Under the pieces are notes generated by a model. That model had not been told where the DNA came from. It was given only the letters and a program-made list of their open reading frames with translations, and did not search any database. A stretch of 64,000 bases of DNA from the human T2T-CHM13v2.0 reference genome, Homo sapiens, in assembly GCF_009914755.1 (NCBI RefSeq), contig NC_060941.1; one strand, 5' to 3'. Of this stretch, positions 47,001 to 62,414 are shown piece after piece; position 1 is the stretch's first letter, and every line of letters begins with the position of its first letter. The position numbers and the translations under genes were made by a program.

Positions 47001-50000
47001 TCTTGCCTCTTTATCCAACTTGCCTTTATCCAACTCTGTGCCTTTTAATTAGGGCATTTTGCCCATTTACATTCAAGGTTAGTATTGATATGTGCTTATT
47101 TGATCCTGTCATCATGTTGTTAGCTGGTTATTATGCAGACTTGTTTGTGTGGTTGCTTTATGGTGTCATTGGCCTGTGTACTTAAGTGTGTTTTTGTAGT
47201 GGCTGTTAACGGTCTATCCTTCCCATGTTTAGGACTCTCTTCAGAACCTCTTATAAGGTAGGTCTGGTGGTAATGAAATCGCTTAGCATTTGCTTGTCTG
47301 AAAAGGATCTTATTTCTCCTTTGCTTATAAAGCTTAGTTTGCTGGGACATAAAACTCTTGGCTGAAAATTCTTTTCCTTAAGAATGCTGAATATAGGCCC
47401 CCAATGTCTTCTGATTTGTACGGTTTCTTCTGAGAGGTCTGCTGTTACCCTCATGGGCTTCACTTTGTAGGTGAGGTGCCCCTTCTCTCTAGCTGTCTTT
47501 AATATTTTTTTTATTTCGACCTTGGAGAATCTGATAACTATGTGTCTTGGGGATGGTCTTCTTGTGGAGTACTTTGCAAAGGTTCTCTGCATTTCCTGAA
47601 TTTAAATGTTGGTCTCTCTAGCAAGGTTGGGGAAATTTTTATGAATGATAACCCAAAGGATATTTTCCAAGCTACTTGCTTTCTTTCCCTTTCAGGGACA
47701 CCAATAAGTCATAGATTTGGTCTCTTCACATAATCCCGTATTTCTCTGAAGTTGTTTTCATTTTACTTTTTTTTTTCTTTATTTTTGTCTGACTGAGTTA
47801 TTTCAGATAGCTGTTCTTCAAGTTCTGATATTCTTTCCTCAGCCTGGTTGATTCTACTGTTAACACTTGTGATTGTATTCTGAAATTCGTGAAGTGAGTT
47901 GTCCAGCTCTATCAGGTAAGTTTGGTTCTTCGTTAAAATGGCATTTTCATATTTCATATCCTATATTATTTTATTCCTTATAATCCTTGGATTGGGTTTC
48001 AACATTCCCCTGAATCTCAATCATCTTCGTTCCTATTCATAGTCTAAATTCTACTTCTACCATTTCAGCCTGGTTAAGAACCATTGCTGGAGAACTAGTG
48101 TGGGTGTCTGTAGGTAAGAAGACACTCTGGCTTTTTGAGTTGCCAGAGTTCTTGCTCTGGTTCTTTCTCATCTGTGTGGGCTCATGTCCCTTCAACCTTT
48201 GAAGTTGCTGTCCTTTGGATGGTGGGGTTTTTGTTTTGTTTTGTTTTTTGCTTTTATCTCCATTGATGTCCTTGGGGGTTTGTGGCATAAGGTGGGGTCC
48301 ATCGACTGGCTTCATTTCTAGTAGATTTTGAGGAGCCAAGGCTCAGCTCAACACTCCCACACTGTATACTCTAACTCTAAGGGGCTGGTATCGGGTCACT
48401 GGCTTTGTTCTCTGGTCCCTCAAAGTTGGGAACCTGCTGTGTTAAATGGGCCAAAGTGTTCCTGGTCCGATGGCCACAACACTCCAACGAGTGGTGCCAG
48501 CCAAAGCGCTTCATCAGGCAGTGGCAATGTGATTAATGCTTGTTTGCATGTGCCAGCAGCAGTGGTAGTACACCAGGGTTCACCCTTGTTAGCTGGGGTG
48601 GGGCGCTGGCAGACCAGCAACTGCCAGCCTCTGTATGCGCATTCACAGTGGCAGCAGTGGCACCATGGAGGGGAGGGGTCACTGGCATCTGTGTGTGCAT
48701 TCACACTGGTGGGCAGTGTTGGCATAGCAGTGGATTTCTGGCTGGGGTGGGGCTGGCAAACTCCTTGTGCATGTTCACACTGGTGGCAATCGTGGTGGGA
48801 GGCAGGGCCACTGGCCTTCCTGAGTGCTTTCACACCAGAAATGGCAGCACTGCAACACAGCAGCAGGTGGGGGACGGGTACACTCACGCTGGCAGCAATG
48901 GCGCGGTGGGATGCACACACATCACTGCACCAGCATGGAAGGGCAAGGTTCACCCATGCACACATGTGCCAATATGGCAATAGGAGGATGGCCATGGGTG
49001 AGTGCTTGCTGGTAAAGCAGCATGGGGGAGGCTGCAGTAGAGGGAGAGTGTGAGTGGGCCAGTGCATGTCAGTGGGGGCCACTCTGCTGGAGCTCTCTGG
49101 CAATCTGGCACAGTCTGCCAGCATAGGAGCTATGATGAGGGCCCTAGGGAGGCATCCTGGTTGAGCATCTGAGACTGCACTGTAAGCAGGCAAAGCCAGG
49201 CTATGGTCCCAGGAGAGGCCAGCCGATGGGAGAGTTCAGGTAAGACTGGCCCCATCTGCTCTGTTCAGGTTCAACAATTCTTTTAAGGCTAAAGTCTCCT
49301 AGAGGAACATGGCCAGCCTGAGGGAATGGGCATCCCCGGCCATGCCCCCCTGCAAACATTCCCTCATCAAAACTCTCTGGGCTCTGTACAGGCTGGAGTC
49401 CTGCCCCAACCATCTCTCTAAGCAACTCTCTCTGCCAGCTCAAGTGTGGGGGTCATGGGGTCTTCTGCTGCCAGGATTCCAGAGGTCCAAAGCAAGAGCA
49501 GCTCACTCCTTGCCTGCTCAACTCACCCATTCCCCAGGAGACATTAGGAGCCAGGAAGAAGACCCAGTGTGTGGCAGCCCCATGCAGGATTCCCAGCTTC
49601 CTCCCCTTTCAGCCCAGTGTCTCTGTCCTCCCTCTGTCCACTCTCAGTAACTTTCCTCTGAAGATCGACTTGGAATGTGCCAGTCTTCCCAATGTCCTAG
49701 CCCCTTGGTGGCAGATATTCTTTCTAGCTGCATCTAGTCAGCCATCATTTCCCACATTTATTGATTTACCTATCTTGAGCAATCCTTGCATCCCAACAAT
49801 AAACCCACTTGGTCATGGTGCCTGATCACTTAATGTGCTGTTGAATTTGGTTTGCTGGTATTTTGTCAAGGACATCGTCTTTGGAAACAGATTTTAATTA
49901 CACTAATGATGCCATAAATATTTCACAATTATTTTTAACCTACATCCCTCTAATATTTAGCAAGTTAAAAATTAATACCTCTGCCCTGTTAAAATAATAG

Positions 50001-51351
50001 CTTGGCATATGTTTACTTCTCCCTCTCCTAGTCATTTTGGTTTTCTTTTATATAATCTTGAGATGCTGAGGCAGATAGTGGTTTTAAATTGTTTTAACTT
50101 CACATACCTTCTTTTTCAAGATTCTTTTCTGACATTTCCATTGTTTATATTGTGTACACAATAAATATTTAAATTCATCTCTATTTTAATTTTGGCATTC
50201 ACCAGTACTTTTTCGTTCTTGAGTATTTTTTTGTTTGATTTGATCTTTTGCTTATCCTTAGGCTGATTAAAGTCCATCATCCAGTAATTTTATTTTTCAA
50301 AAAGAATATCCTAGTGATATATCTTCTGAGGCTTTGCACATTCAAAAATGTCATTCTGTTGCCTTTACACATGAAGGAAATTGTAGGTATAAGATTCTTA
50401 GGTCACAACACTTTGGCCTAAAACACAGCACACGTTAAGTTTCTCTATTGTTTTATGACATTTAGGTTTGCAAATAAGAAGACTAAAGTCATCTAAACTT
50501 TGCTTTCCCCTCCCCCTGGGGTCTGGACATTTATAAAAATCATTCTTTTTGTACTGTAATTCAAACATTTTTTAATCTTGTATTCATTTTTAGCTGATAA
50601 AGAGTGAAATCTTTAAAATTACATACACAGACCTTCTGAAAAGTTTTCTCATATCTTTAGTTATTTTTGTGTTATTTTATTCTGAGCCTTCCTTCAGAAA
50701 TATCAGTTGTTATATACTGGTTTTCTATTTTCTGCCTTAATATCACCTTCCTCAAAATTTTTGATTCTTTGTCCCTTTCTTTTGCAGTCTGAAAGGTCAT
50801 TATGCCTTGCCTTCATATCGCTGATTTAATTCTTTACAAAATCTGACCTAACCCAACCAGCAACTATGTGATCGTAAGTCTGCTATTGTACTTTTGGTTT
50901 CCTTACGATTTCCTTATGACAATTTTCACTTCATCCCTTTCTTTCCTTATGGTGTCTGTTCCTCCTTCATAGATATCGTATCTTCTTGTATGCTACTGGT
51001 GAATTTTTAAACATTTTCTTCCGGAGTAACACATTTTCAGGAGAAACTCCTTCCTCTGAATCTTCTGTGTAATGCTCTCATTCCTTTCCTCCACAATGCT
51101 TTCCCACAGACTCCATTTTAGTTCTGTTCTCCTACTCATTCTTGAACACCGTACACCACTCAGACTTGGTGCTTGATATTCAGAACACCATTCAGTTTGC
51201 TGCTTGACAAAAACTACAGGGGCTGTAACCGTGCTTCTATTACGTGTCTCTAAGTGTGATCTCTCTCTCAGAGATACAGCTAAAACCAATTCCCAGGAGG
51301 GTTTGAACTAGGTTACACTGCTCTACTGAGGAGGCACATTTCTCCTCAAGC

Positions 51352-51467
51352 CACAGCCTGCTTCACTGGTACTCTAAAATGATATGTTACACAGCCTGCT
51401 TCACTGGTACTCTAAAATGATATGTTACACAGCCTGCTTCACTGGTACTCTAAAATGATATGTTACA
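51352..51467 (+). repeat. Perfect 38-bp tandem repeat x3 (cacagcctgcttcactggtactctaaaatgatatgtta)
   Basis: Three identical adjacent copies starting at 51352, 51390 and 51428. Confidence 0.97.
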
Positions 51468-51769
51468 TGGGAAACCAACAAGGAATTGCTATCAGAGTTG
51501 CTGACAAGTCAATAAGTATTTTGCAAATTGGCACTGTGCCTCCAATGTACCATGTACCAGTAGTTTCCCCTCTATTTACCGTTGATTTTTTTTTTCTGGG
51601 ACTCAGAACTGCCACATAAAAGCACAGTTGAGATTTATGCCTTTAAATGGGAAGCTTCAAAAAATTAACAATTTTTGAGAAAAATCTATCTCTAAAATTA
51701 CACGATGATTACGAGTCCAAGCTAATAATCAGATGGCATGGATTTGTGTCCCTGTTCCTTCACAAACTA

Positions 51770-51925
51770 CATAACATTCTGTGCCTCAGTTGGCTCCTCT
51801 GAAAAACTGGGATAACAATGAGTATATCAAAGAATTGTGATAAGTTAATAAATTACTTGATGTAAAGACCTTAGAACAATATTAGGAACATAATAAATGA
51901 TCAGTATATGTGAAACATTATTATT
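51770..51925 (+). mobile_element. MIR fragment
   Basis: tctgtgcctcagtt...ctgaaaaactgggataacaat...atgtaaag MIR core. Similar fragments near 3330-3490, 12225-12330, 13260-13430 and 33490-33740. Confidence 0.7.
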
Positions 51926-52557
51926 ACTTCCTCAGATTGAATAACTCAAGGTTATTGTGAACACCCAAAATCACAATGTGCCACAATACAGTAATTCCCT
52001 TAGTCTGTCTACCTTTTCAGAAAGTAGTACCTGAATTGCCAATTTTGTCTTTTTGTAACTGCTTTTTATCATTAATTATTGAATCTTCACCTCTGACAAG
52101 TTCTTAGCTGCCATTTCTTGACACTGGTCAGTGTGCTAGCACAAGCACCTTGATCTAATTTATTGCTTCTAAAATTATTAGAATGAAATTATCTGGGTGG
52201 GAAAATAAGGGACTCCCCTCTGAGGTAAACATCAATGTGTCAATGACCATACTTTTGAGCTGGGGGTTTCTTAAGGTAGAAGCTGTTTCTCATTTTTATA
52301 TCCCTAGCACCCAGGATAATATCTAGCCCATACTCCAATAGTCAATAAGTATTGTTTTAAATTTGTTTTTTCTTAATTGAATATATCTGTATTGTTTAAG
52401 AGCCTTTTTGGATTGCATTTTTAGTTTTTACCTATATTCCAGACAGCTGTGGGTGACATAAGTAAACACCAGAAAAGTGAGAGATCATTGCATACAGATC
52501 TTGGCAAAAGAGAACAGATCAATACTTTTGGTGGGTTAAAAAAAAAATCCTTCTTTG

Positions 52558-52910
<353 letters not shown>

Positions 52911-55900
52911 CTATTTCCACCCCTTCCTTTTTAATGTACAAATGGTAGTAAGCAATAAATGATTTGCTTGTAATCCTTTCCCCACTTTAAATTGTTAATA
53001 CCAGAAAAGTATTTAAAAGTGATAGGTAATGACAACACAAACCAGATAGTCAAGGATACATAATATATTTTCAAACATGAGAATTTGCTATAAATAATTG
53101 ATTTAAGTAGCCATAAGCACATTTATTGAATATTCACTGAATATATTTTTTTTGCTCCCTTGCATCCCAAGAATTTAGGTAATCACAAAAGGAATATTGT
53201 GTAGATAAGAAAGAGATTGTGCTATATATCAGAAACTAGATATACTGTGGCAGACACCATAGCATAGTAAAGTGCACAGAGGAGGTACTGACCCAAACAC
53301 TGACTAGCTGAATAACTCCACAATGCTTCTTAACTGCTATGACCTCTGCTTCCCAATATGAAAAATAAGGGTGATTAGATTGCATAACTTCTATAAATCT
53401 TTTCACTGCACAATTTCATGTTTTAAAACATCACTAAAGGCACACGTACTCTTAAAAATCATGTCAGTGGTAGTTCAAAAATACTATCCAATATGTTAAA
53501 TATACGGCTGTGACTATTTTAAACATGATTTAAAAAGCGTGCATGATTGCTAGGCATTGGAATAACTATATTTTAAGGATTGTGAACTCCATTAGACTTC
53601 GTATCTCATTTGTTAAACAGTTCCATCAGAATGATTTTAAGTAGATATTTCAATTCAGTACATTTTAGAACATAGGTGCTTAACATATGTCTGGCATGTT
53701 TCTCTAGGTAAACAGCACCATCTTTTACTCTCTGGAACTGTTTGGAAAACAAGCAATAGGTTATTTGTAGGGGGCAGGTGTTTCCTTGCTAGTCAAATCA
53801 TTTAGTCTAACCATTTCCTGATTTAACAGATGAGGACAATTCATCAACAATGACATTTCGGTTTACTACTTATTATTTGTTTGATGTTCAAAGATCTTAA
53901 GAGCAGACAATAGCCACTAGAGATCAATAAAGACCATTACATAATATGTGTGTGCTTAAATTAGGGACAGCATCTGATGCTGTTTCTTTTACCTCAAAGA
54001 CAAGTTAGAATCCTATGCTCCTGTCCTGCTGCTGTCTCATAGGCAGGATAAAATAATGTCATTCAGATGGCATTTCCTCCCCCTGAAGAGATATTTAGAA
54101 CTAAGTTTTATACCAAAAGTTATTGAATGTGCACACCTGTAACACTAACAACAACAAAAAAAAAGCCCTATACATCCCATTTAGCTCTACAATTACATAG
54201 TCCAGAGCTACGGAAGATTTATGTCAGGTCTTCGAGCTATCAAAAAGGATATTCCCTGAGAGGGATATAAGACATCAAAACTTCAAGGCTTGAGATCACA
54301 GCAGGTTTAATAAAGAAAGAAAAACAGATGTCAATGTAAAAGAGGGAGATTATGAAATTAATTGTAAAATAAAAAGTGGCATGCTGAGCAACATTTTCTT
54401 CCAATGTAAATAATGTTAGGAACATATGCAATATGAACAATGATGGCTATTTTTCTTTTAAAGATTGTTATTATTTTAAACAAATCTTAGTTACAGTGAA
54501 AACAACTAATATACATTAACGAGTAACGTTATTAAAAAGCTAGGCCAATTGATACCGCATGGAAAGGGAATCACTGTAGTTATGACACCTAATAAAAAGG
54601 ATTTAGGTCTGCTCCTTGAAGTGAAATAGAATAGGAATGGTCAGCAGGCTACTGGATACAGATGAACTGAGCTCCAATATTCCCTTTCTAGTGTACATTC
54701 ACCAGGGAGGGAGACTGATAGCAGAAACCTTAGTTTACTTCGAGGCTAAATACCCAAGAAAAGATAATGGTAGAAGAAAGATTTCCTTTCTAGGTCTATC
54801 TCTATGTGCGTAACAGTCCTCAGCAGGATGTAATGAAGTTTGGGATAGGAATACCTTATTTTACAAATAGCCAGTGCATCCCTTTCTCCTCACTACAGCC
54901 CGTCTGTCTCACAGGTACATACATACCAGGATATCAGGAAGAGGGCTTACCAGACTGCAACAGAGCAGGAAGCCAGGAAGCTCTTCCTTAATGGATGGAC
55001 AGCCAGTGATCTGCCCAAAGAATGAACAGTGGACAAACAATACACCTAAAGGATACTGATGCCTTATACAGGAAGCAAGGATTATGAAAAAGTATGTCCA
55101 TTTCATATGAAATATACTTAACATTTTGTATTGAGCTGCATTAAAACTGCAACAATAAGGAAATTTATTATGATTTAAAAGAAGCACTCATGCAGGTCAA
55201 TACGTGTTGCTAGAAACACTTTTCCAAATGACAGAAACAGATTTCTTCCTATACACTAAGCTCATGAAGGGCAGAATCTATGTCTAATTCATCCTCAACC
55301 CCACCCCAGTACCTAATATAATACCTTCCCCAATATAACCATTTAATGGGTATCTGCTGAGTGACTATATGGATAAACAAGATGGTGGTATTACAAAGTG
55401 TTTTTTAACATTTTGTGATATAAACCATATGTAATTTTAACTTGTATGTATTCTAAATAGTTTAAAGGTTAACTTTTTTCATTTTCTATTATGTTTGTAT
55501 TTTACAAGTAGATTGACTTGATAAATGTTAAAACAGCAGATAGTGACAAAAGCAGCAATAAACATTTGCCATTTAACTACTCTTTTACTTTCTATATCTT
55601 ATAGCAAAAAAGAATTTAGAAACTTAAGTTTCATAGTCAGAAATCTATAGAACTCTGTTTTTCCCGAGATGGTGGACCAGAGGCCTTTCCAACGTGCCTC
55701 ATCTACTTGGAAGAATTTTGTCCAAGAAGGAAATGAAAAATCAACAGAAAGTGAAAGAAAACTTCAGATACTGGGGAAGAGAAGGTGATCAGGGAGACAG
55801 TGGCTAGGTCTGGTTGAGAACTGAGTGAAGCTCCAATATAGGAGAGGGGAAGAGAATGTCCCTCTGCAATCTACCTGTCTACTGAGGAACTGTGCAACCT

Positions 55901-57260
55901 AGGCCATGGGGAACACCCTATCCCTCCCAAGCCCTGGATATAACTAGGAGAGAGGCCAGGAGCGTGTGAAAAGGAATGATACCAGGAAGTACCCCAGGCA
56001 TTGTCCCAGACCTGGGACCCAACAGGACAATGCCATTCTTGATTCTGACTCATATCAAGCTCGGCGGGTCCCTGAAATCTAGCAGTGGCGGCAGCACCAG
56101 CATTAGTCTTGGGCCAGGATTTGGAGTGCTGGATCTGGAGCAGGGGAAGAGCCCCCACAGCCAGAACTTAGAGGTAAGTGTGGTGTGCAATCCAGCTGTG
56201 GGTGCTAGAATTGGGATACCCCTCCTTCATAGACCGAAATAGGAGGAGAGTTGCTGAAGAGGCATGGTTTTGCCTGGGTAGCAGGTTTTGTGGCCACAGG
56301 CAGCTTTGAAAAATAAAGTAAAAAAACTGCACGTAACATTTCTGAGTGTTGCAACTGGCTCCCTTGCTTGGAATAGGGGTGTGAGCCCCCTCAGGTCTGA
56401 AGAGTGAGAGGTGGGTCCCCCTCCTGATCACCTGGAGTAGGCATGTGGGACACCCATCACTTCCCATGCAGAGAACTTGGTGCAGCAGTGGTTGCTCTGT
56501 TTCTTGCCCAGCCTTATCTCCAGCCACCTGCTGACTACCTCTAGACCCCTGTCAGGGCTGGTGCTTGTGCCTACTGTTGGGAGATGTGAATGCAGACTTG
56601 CCCAGTCCAGCTCTGCCCAGATTTGGCCTCCACTGAGACTGAGCACAGGACCCAGTCCACTGAATATTCCATGGCCCAGCCATTGTCTGGGCAATGAAGT
56701 ACTTCTCATGGTTAACAAAGGTCAAGCATAAACTTTATTCCTACAAGAGCAACTGGCGTTTTTACCTGCAAGTGCCACCTACTGGTCTGGAGGTTGACCT
56801 GCAAACCCCATAGTAAATCTGCTGACACAAATGCACAGTGCTTGGGAATAACATAAGATTCCCACGCCCCTTGCTACCACAATCATCAATGCCACTGTGG
56901 CTTCTCAGGAGGCTGTGAGCCTGCTTACCTTCCAGGTACACCACTACTACAACCAGTATTTGAGAAAGCCACCACACTAAGTCTATTTATAACCAAGGAA
57001 ATCATACAAAGCCTTAACATTCAACATACCCAGAAGTAAACAGCTCTACCCAACATACTTCATAGTTATATCCGCAAGAAAAAAAGTTACATTTCAATGA
57101 AATTCAAAACTAAGAAGTTACTATTTCTCCAGATGTGAATAAATCACCATAATAATACCAGAAGTATGAAAAAGCAGGGTAGTATAGCACCCACAAAGGA
57201 ACACAGTAATTTTCTAGCAATGGATCTTACCAAAATAAAATTTTTGAAATGCTAGATAAA

Positions 57261-57608
<348 letters not shown>

Positions 57609-60600
57609 TCAATGAGATAAAAGATATTCTGAAAACCAGCACAAAGACATCACAAAATCAATTCAGGATATAAATTTTAAAAACTTGCCAATGAGATAGA
57701 TATCTTAGAAAAAAATAATTTCTGGAAATGAATAATTAAGAAATTACAAAATACAGTTGAAAGCTTCAACAATTGACTGGACCAAGCAGAAAAGAAAATT
57801 CTCAGAAATTGAAGACAAGACTTTTGAATTAATCCAGTTAAACAAAAATAAACTAAAAATAAATTTTAAAAAAATGAACAAAGCCTTTGAGAAGTATGGG
57901 ACTACATAAAGCAACTGAAGTTACAAAAGATTGCCACTCCTGAAAGAGAAGAAAAAGCAAAAAGTTTAGAAAACCTATTTAAGGAAATAATTGACAAAAA
58001 CTTCTGTAGTCTAGCAAGAGATTTAAACATCCACATACAAGAAGTGCAACAAACACTAGAAAAAGATATTGCAAGATGCAGTTTACCATAAGAAATAGTC
58101 ATCAGATGTTGTCTAAAGTCAACATGAAGAAAAAAATCCTAAACTCAGCAAGACAAAAGCATCTAGTCACCTATTAAGAAAAAAAACATCAGACTAACAT
58201 CAGACTTCTCAGCACAAACCTTTTCCAAACCAGAAGAGATTGGGATCCGATCTTCAGAGTGCTTAAAAAGAAACTGTCAACCACAAATTTTATATCCTGA
58301 CATAACAAGCTTCATAAATGAAAGAAATACAAAGTATTTCCCAGACAAGCAAATACTGAGGGAATTTGTCACTATTAGGCTGGTTCTATAATAAATGCTC
58401 AAAGGAGTTCTAAACATGTAAATGAAAGGTCAGTATTCACCACCATAAAAACACATTTAAGTATAAAACTCACAGGTCTTACAAAGCAATTGCACAAAGG
58501 AGGAAGAGAAAGAAATTAAATAGCAACATGACAAAACTCCACCAACCCACAAAGAGAAAAAAGAAACAAATAATTTAGAAAACAACTAGATAACATTATA
58601 ACAAGAAAAAAACTCACATATGAATATTAGCCTTGAATGCAAATGGAATGAATGCTCTACTTAAAAGGTAAAGATTGACAAAATTGATTTTTAAAAGCAT
58701 GAACAAAAAAAGTAAAGACCAATATCCCTGATGAACATATATGCAAAAATCCATAATAAAATACTAAGAAATCAAGTCCAACAGCACATCAAAAACATAA
58801 TACACCATGATCAAGTGGGTTTTACTCCAGGGAGGCAAGGATGATTCAGCATATGCAAATCAATAAATGTGATTCATCACATAAACTGAATTAATGGCAA
58901 AAACCATATGACCGTCTCAACAGATGCAGAAAAAGCATTTGTTAAAACTGACCACACCCTAATGATAAAAACCTTCAACAAATTAGGCATAGAAGGAATA
59001 CACTTCAAAATATTAAAGGATCTGTCAGGCAAACCCACAGCCAACATCATGATAAACAAGGAAAAGTTGAAAGTAATCCCAATAAGAACTGGAATAAGAC
59101 AAGGATGCTCACTTTCACCATGCCTATTCAACATAGAACTAGAAGTCTTAGCCAGAGCAATCAAGCAAGAAAAAGAAATAAAAGCCATCCAAATAGAAAA
59201 AGAGGAAGTCAAATTATCTGTTATTGATAATATGATCTTATACCTAAAAAACCCTAACAATTTCTCCCCCCAAAAACCTCTTAAATATTAAAACTGAATT
59301 CAGTAAATTTTAGGATACAAAATCAATGTATAAAAATCAGTAGTATTTCTATGTATCAAAAACAAGCTGAGAACCAAATCAAGAAGCAATCCCATTTACA
59401 ATAGTTATAAAAAAAAACCTAAGAATATATTTAACCAAGGAGGTAAAAGGAAAACTACAAAACACTGTTGAAAGAAGTTGTAGATGATACAAACAAATGG
59501 AAAAACATCTCATGCTCACGGATTAGAATAATTAATATTGTTAAAATGACCATACTGCACAAAGCAATCTAAGATTCAATGCAATCCCTACCAAAATACC
59601 AATATAATTTTTCTCAGACTTAGAAAAAACAATCCTCAAATTCATATGGCATTAAAAAAGAGCCAGAAGAGCCAAAGCAATCCAAAGCAAAAAGAACAAC
59701 ACTGGAAGCATAACATTATTTGACCTCAGATTATACTACAAGGTTATAGTAACTAAAACAGCATGGAACTGGCATAAAAATAGATCAGTAGAACAGAATA
59801 CAGAACCCAGAAACACCACCACATAACTACAGCCAAATGATCTTTGACAAAGTCAACAAAAACATATACTGGGGGAAGGACACCCTTTTCAATAAATGGT
59901 GCTCAGCAAATTGAATTACCATATGCAGAAGAATGAAACTGAATCCCTCTCTCACCATATATAAAAATCAACTCAAGATGGATCAAAGAATTAAATGTAG
60001 GACTTGAAACCCTACAAATACTGGAAGAAAACCTAGGGAAAACTCTTCTGGACATTGGTCTAATCAAAGAATTCATGACTAAGACCTCAAAAGCACAAGC
60101 AACAAAAACAGACAAATGGGATTTAATTTTAAAAAAGCTTCTAGAAAGCAAGGTAAATAATCAATAGAGTGAAAAGACAACCGTAAGAATAGGAGAACAT
60201 ATTTGCAAACTATGCATCTGGCCCGGGGACTGATATCCAGAATTTACAAGGAACTCAAACAACTCAACAACAGCAACAGCAACAAAATAATAATAATAAT
60301 TAATAACCCCATTATAAAGTGGACAAAGGGCATGAGTAGACATTTTTCAAAAAAAGACACACAAAAGGCCAACAGACCTATGAAAAAATGCTTAACATCA
60401 CTGAATATGAGAGAAATGCATATTAAAACCACAATGAGATATCATCTTATTCTAGTCAGAATGGCTATTATTAACAAGTCAAAAAATAACAGATGTTGGT
60501 GAGGATGCAGAGAAAGGAAACACTAACACTCTGCTGGTGGGAATGTAAATTAGTATAATCTCCAAGGAAAACAGTATAGAGACTTCTCAAAGAACTAAAA

Positions 60601-60755
60601 ATAAAACTACCATCTGATCCAGCAATTCCACTTCTGGGTATCTACCCAAAGGAAAAGGTCATTGTTCATAGGTTTCTCACAGCATGATTCACAATAGCAA
60701 AACATGGAATCAACTTAAGTGCCCATAAATGGATGACTGGATAAAGAAAATGTGG

Positions 60756-60757
<2 letters not shown>

Positions 60758-60803
<46 letters not shown>
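60758..60803. repeat. (CA)n microsatellite within L1
   Basis: About 22 CA units followed by a TA-rich stretch. Confidence 0.95.
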
Positions 60804-60809
<6 letters not shown>

Positions 60810-61456
60810 GATATATATAGACCACACACACACACACCCCATTTGTATGTACATTATCTTAAATGAAACAACTCAGAAAGGGAAAGTCAAATGCCACGTT
60901 CTTATTTATAAGTGGAAGCTATATAATGGGTACACATGAACGTAGAGTGTGGAGAGTGTGGAATGACAGACACTGAAGACTTGGAAGGGTGGGAGGTTAG
61001 GAGGGGGCGAGGGATGAGAAATTACTTAATGGGTACATTATTTGGGTAATGGTTACACTAAAAGCCCAGACTTCATGATTATGTAATATATCCATGTAAA
61101 AAAACTGTGCTTGTACCCGTTACATTCACACAAAAATTTTAAAAATAAATCTATAAAACTCTGCACTTTACTGCCTAAGGTATTAAGTGTGTCAATAACC
61201 CCCTAGTTATTACAGGAGGGATATCAACATGTGTCAGTTGAAATAGTACTATAAACAACAAGGAACAATTGCTAATCTTTTTCAAGTAGTAGTCAGTACT
61301 TTCATTGTTTTAGGCTCTTTTGTTAAATGTTTAAAGTTCTTGTTGCACATATGACACAACAGAATACCAAATACATCCCATTGATTGTGTAGTTTTAAAC
61401 TAGTAGAAAGAAAATATAATTTCAACATGTTATTATGAGAGGTTAAGATAATAATA

Positions 61457-61793
61457 CAGTTGTCCCCCAGCATCCATGGGGAATTGGTGCCAGGGCCCCT
61501 TGAGGATACCAAAATCCATGGATGCTCAAGTCCCTTTTATAAAATGGTGTAATATTTGCATATAACCTACACACATCCTCCTATGTACTTTAAGTCATCT
61601 CATAATAACTTATATAGTACCTAATCCAATGCTTACACATCACTTCATTCACATGGATTCAACATAGTACTTGACACATGGCAAATCCAAGTTATAGTTT
61701 TGGACCTTTGTGTAATTTTTTTTCCTGAATATTTTTGATCCATGTTTGACTGAATCCACAGATGTGAAATCCATGGATATGAAAGGCCAACTG
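61457..61793 (+). mobile_element. MER2B-like Tigger-family DNA transposon
   Basis: Terminal cagttg...caactg flanked by TA, internal ggataccaaaatccatggatgctcaagtccc. Confidence 0.9.
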
Positions 61794-61947
61794 TACTCTT
61801 CACTCATTAAATATAACACACAAGCAGTGTTTTAATGTTGATATAACTAATAATTGAACTGAAGCAGTTGTTTATTATATAAACAGGAAAAATAAGCAAA
61901 ATTTAATTACTGGTTAGCTGAAATTAACTTAGAAACAAATTATTCTT

Positions 61948-62240
61948 GGCTGGGCGCAATGGCTCATGCCTGGAATCCCAGCACTTTGGGAGGCCGAGAC
62001 GGGCGGATCACTTGAGGCCAGGAATTCCAGACCAACCTGGCCAAAATGGTGAAACTCCCTCTCCACTAAAAATGCAAAAATTGGCCAGGCATGGTGGTGC
62101 ACACCTGTAGTCCCAGCTACTCAAGAGGCTGAGGCATGAGAATCCCTTGAACCTAGGAGGCAGAAGCTACAGTGAGCCGAGATCGTGCCACTGCACTCCA
62201 GCCTGGGTGACAGAGCAGGACTCTGTCTAAAAAAAAAAGA
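61948..62240 (+). mobile_element. Alu (AluS-like), antisense to CEP112, ~115 nt after the 60-nt exon donor
   Basis: Full Alu. Diverged TSD agaaacaa(a/g)tt(a/g)ttctt. Confidence 0.9.
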
Positions 62241-62354
62241 CAAAGAAACAAGTTGTTCTTTAAAGGTGAGAATGTATGGTTTCATAAAAATCAGTCTGCA
62301 TTAATGCCTCATTTGCTATTTTAAATATTTTATAGCTTCCATAAAACATATTAC

Positions 62355-62414
62355 CTTTTTTTCATAGATGTGTTTTAGATGACTTTTCTCCATCTGAAAC
62401 TTATTTTCTTGATC
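62355..62414 (-). CDS. CEP112: CEP112 coding exon, 60 nt (DQENKFQMEKSHLKHIYEKK)
   Basis: Acceptor ttcacag| and donor AAG|gtaata. Phase 0-0, in frame with both neighbouring exons. Confidence 0.95.

Larger units (their letters stand above)
42905..49870 (-). mobile_element. Composite L1: L1MA-like 3' end (~42905-44370) joined to a long L1PA/PB-class body with ORF2, ORF1 and GC-rich 5'UTR (~44370-49750)
   Basis: ORF1 remnant RRPSPRHIVIRFSKVE...KLSFISKGEIRSFSDKQML and ORF2 remnants. Multiple stops and internal deletions. Confidence 0.88.

Noticed and set aside
48328-49193. 241-aa and 257-aa ORFs on opposite strands
   Set aside because: They lie in the GC-rich 5'UTR of an old L1, have no recognisable domain, and long frames are expected from stop-poor composition.
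51352-51467. 38-bp repeats of CRISPR-like length
   Set aside because: Copies are directly adjacent with no spacers, and the context is a primate intron.
58908-59291. 127-aa ORF with reverse-transcriptase motifs
   Set aside because: Fragment of a dead L1 ORF2 with flanking stops and a large upstream deletion.
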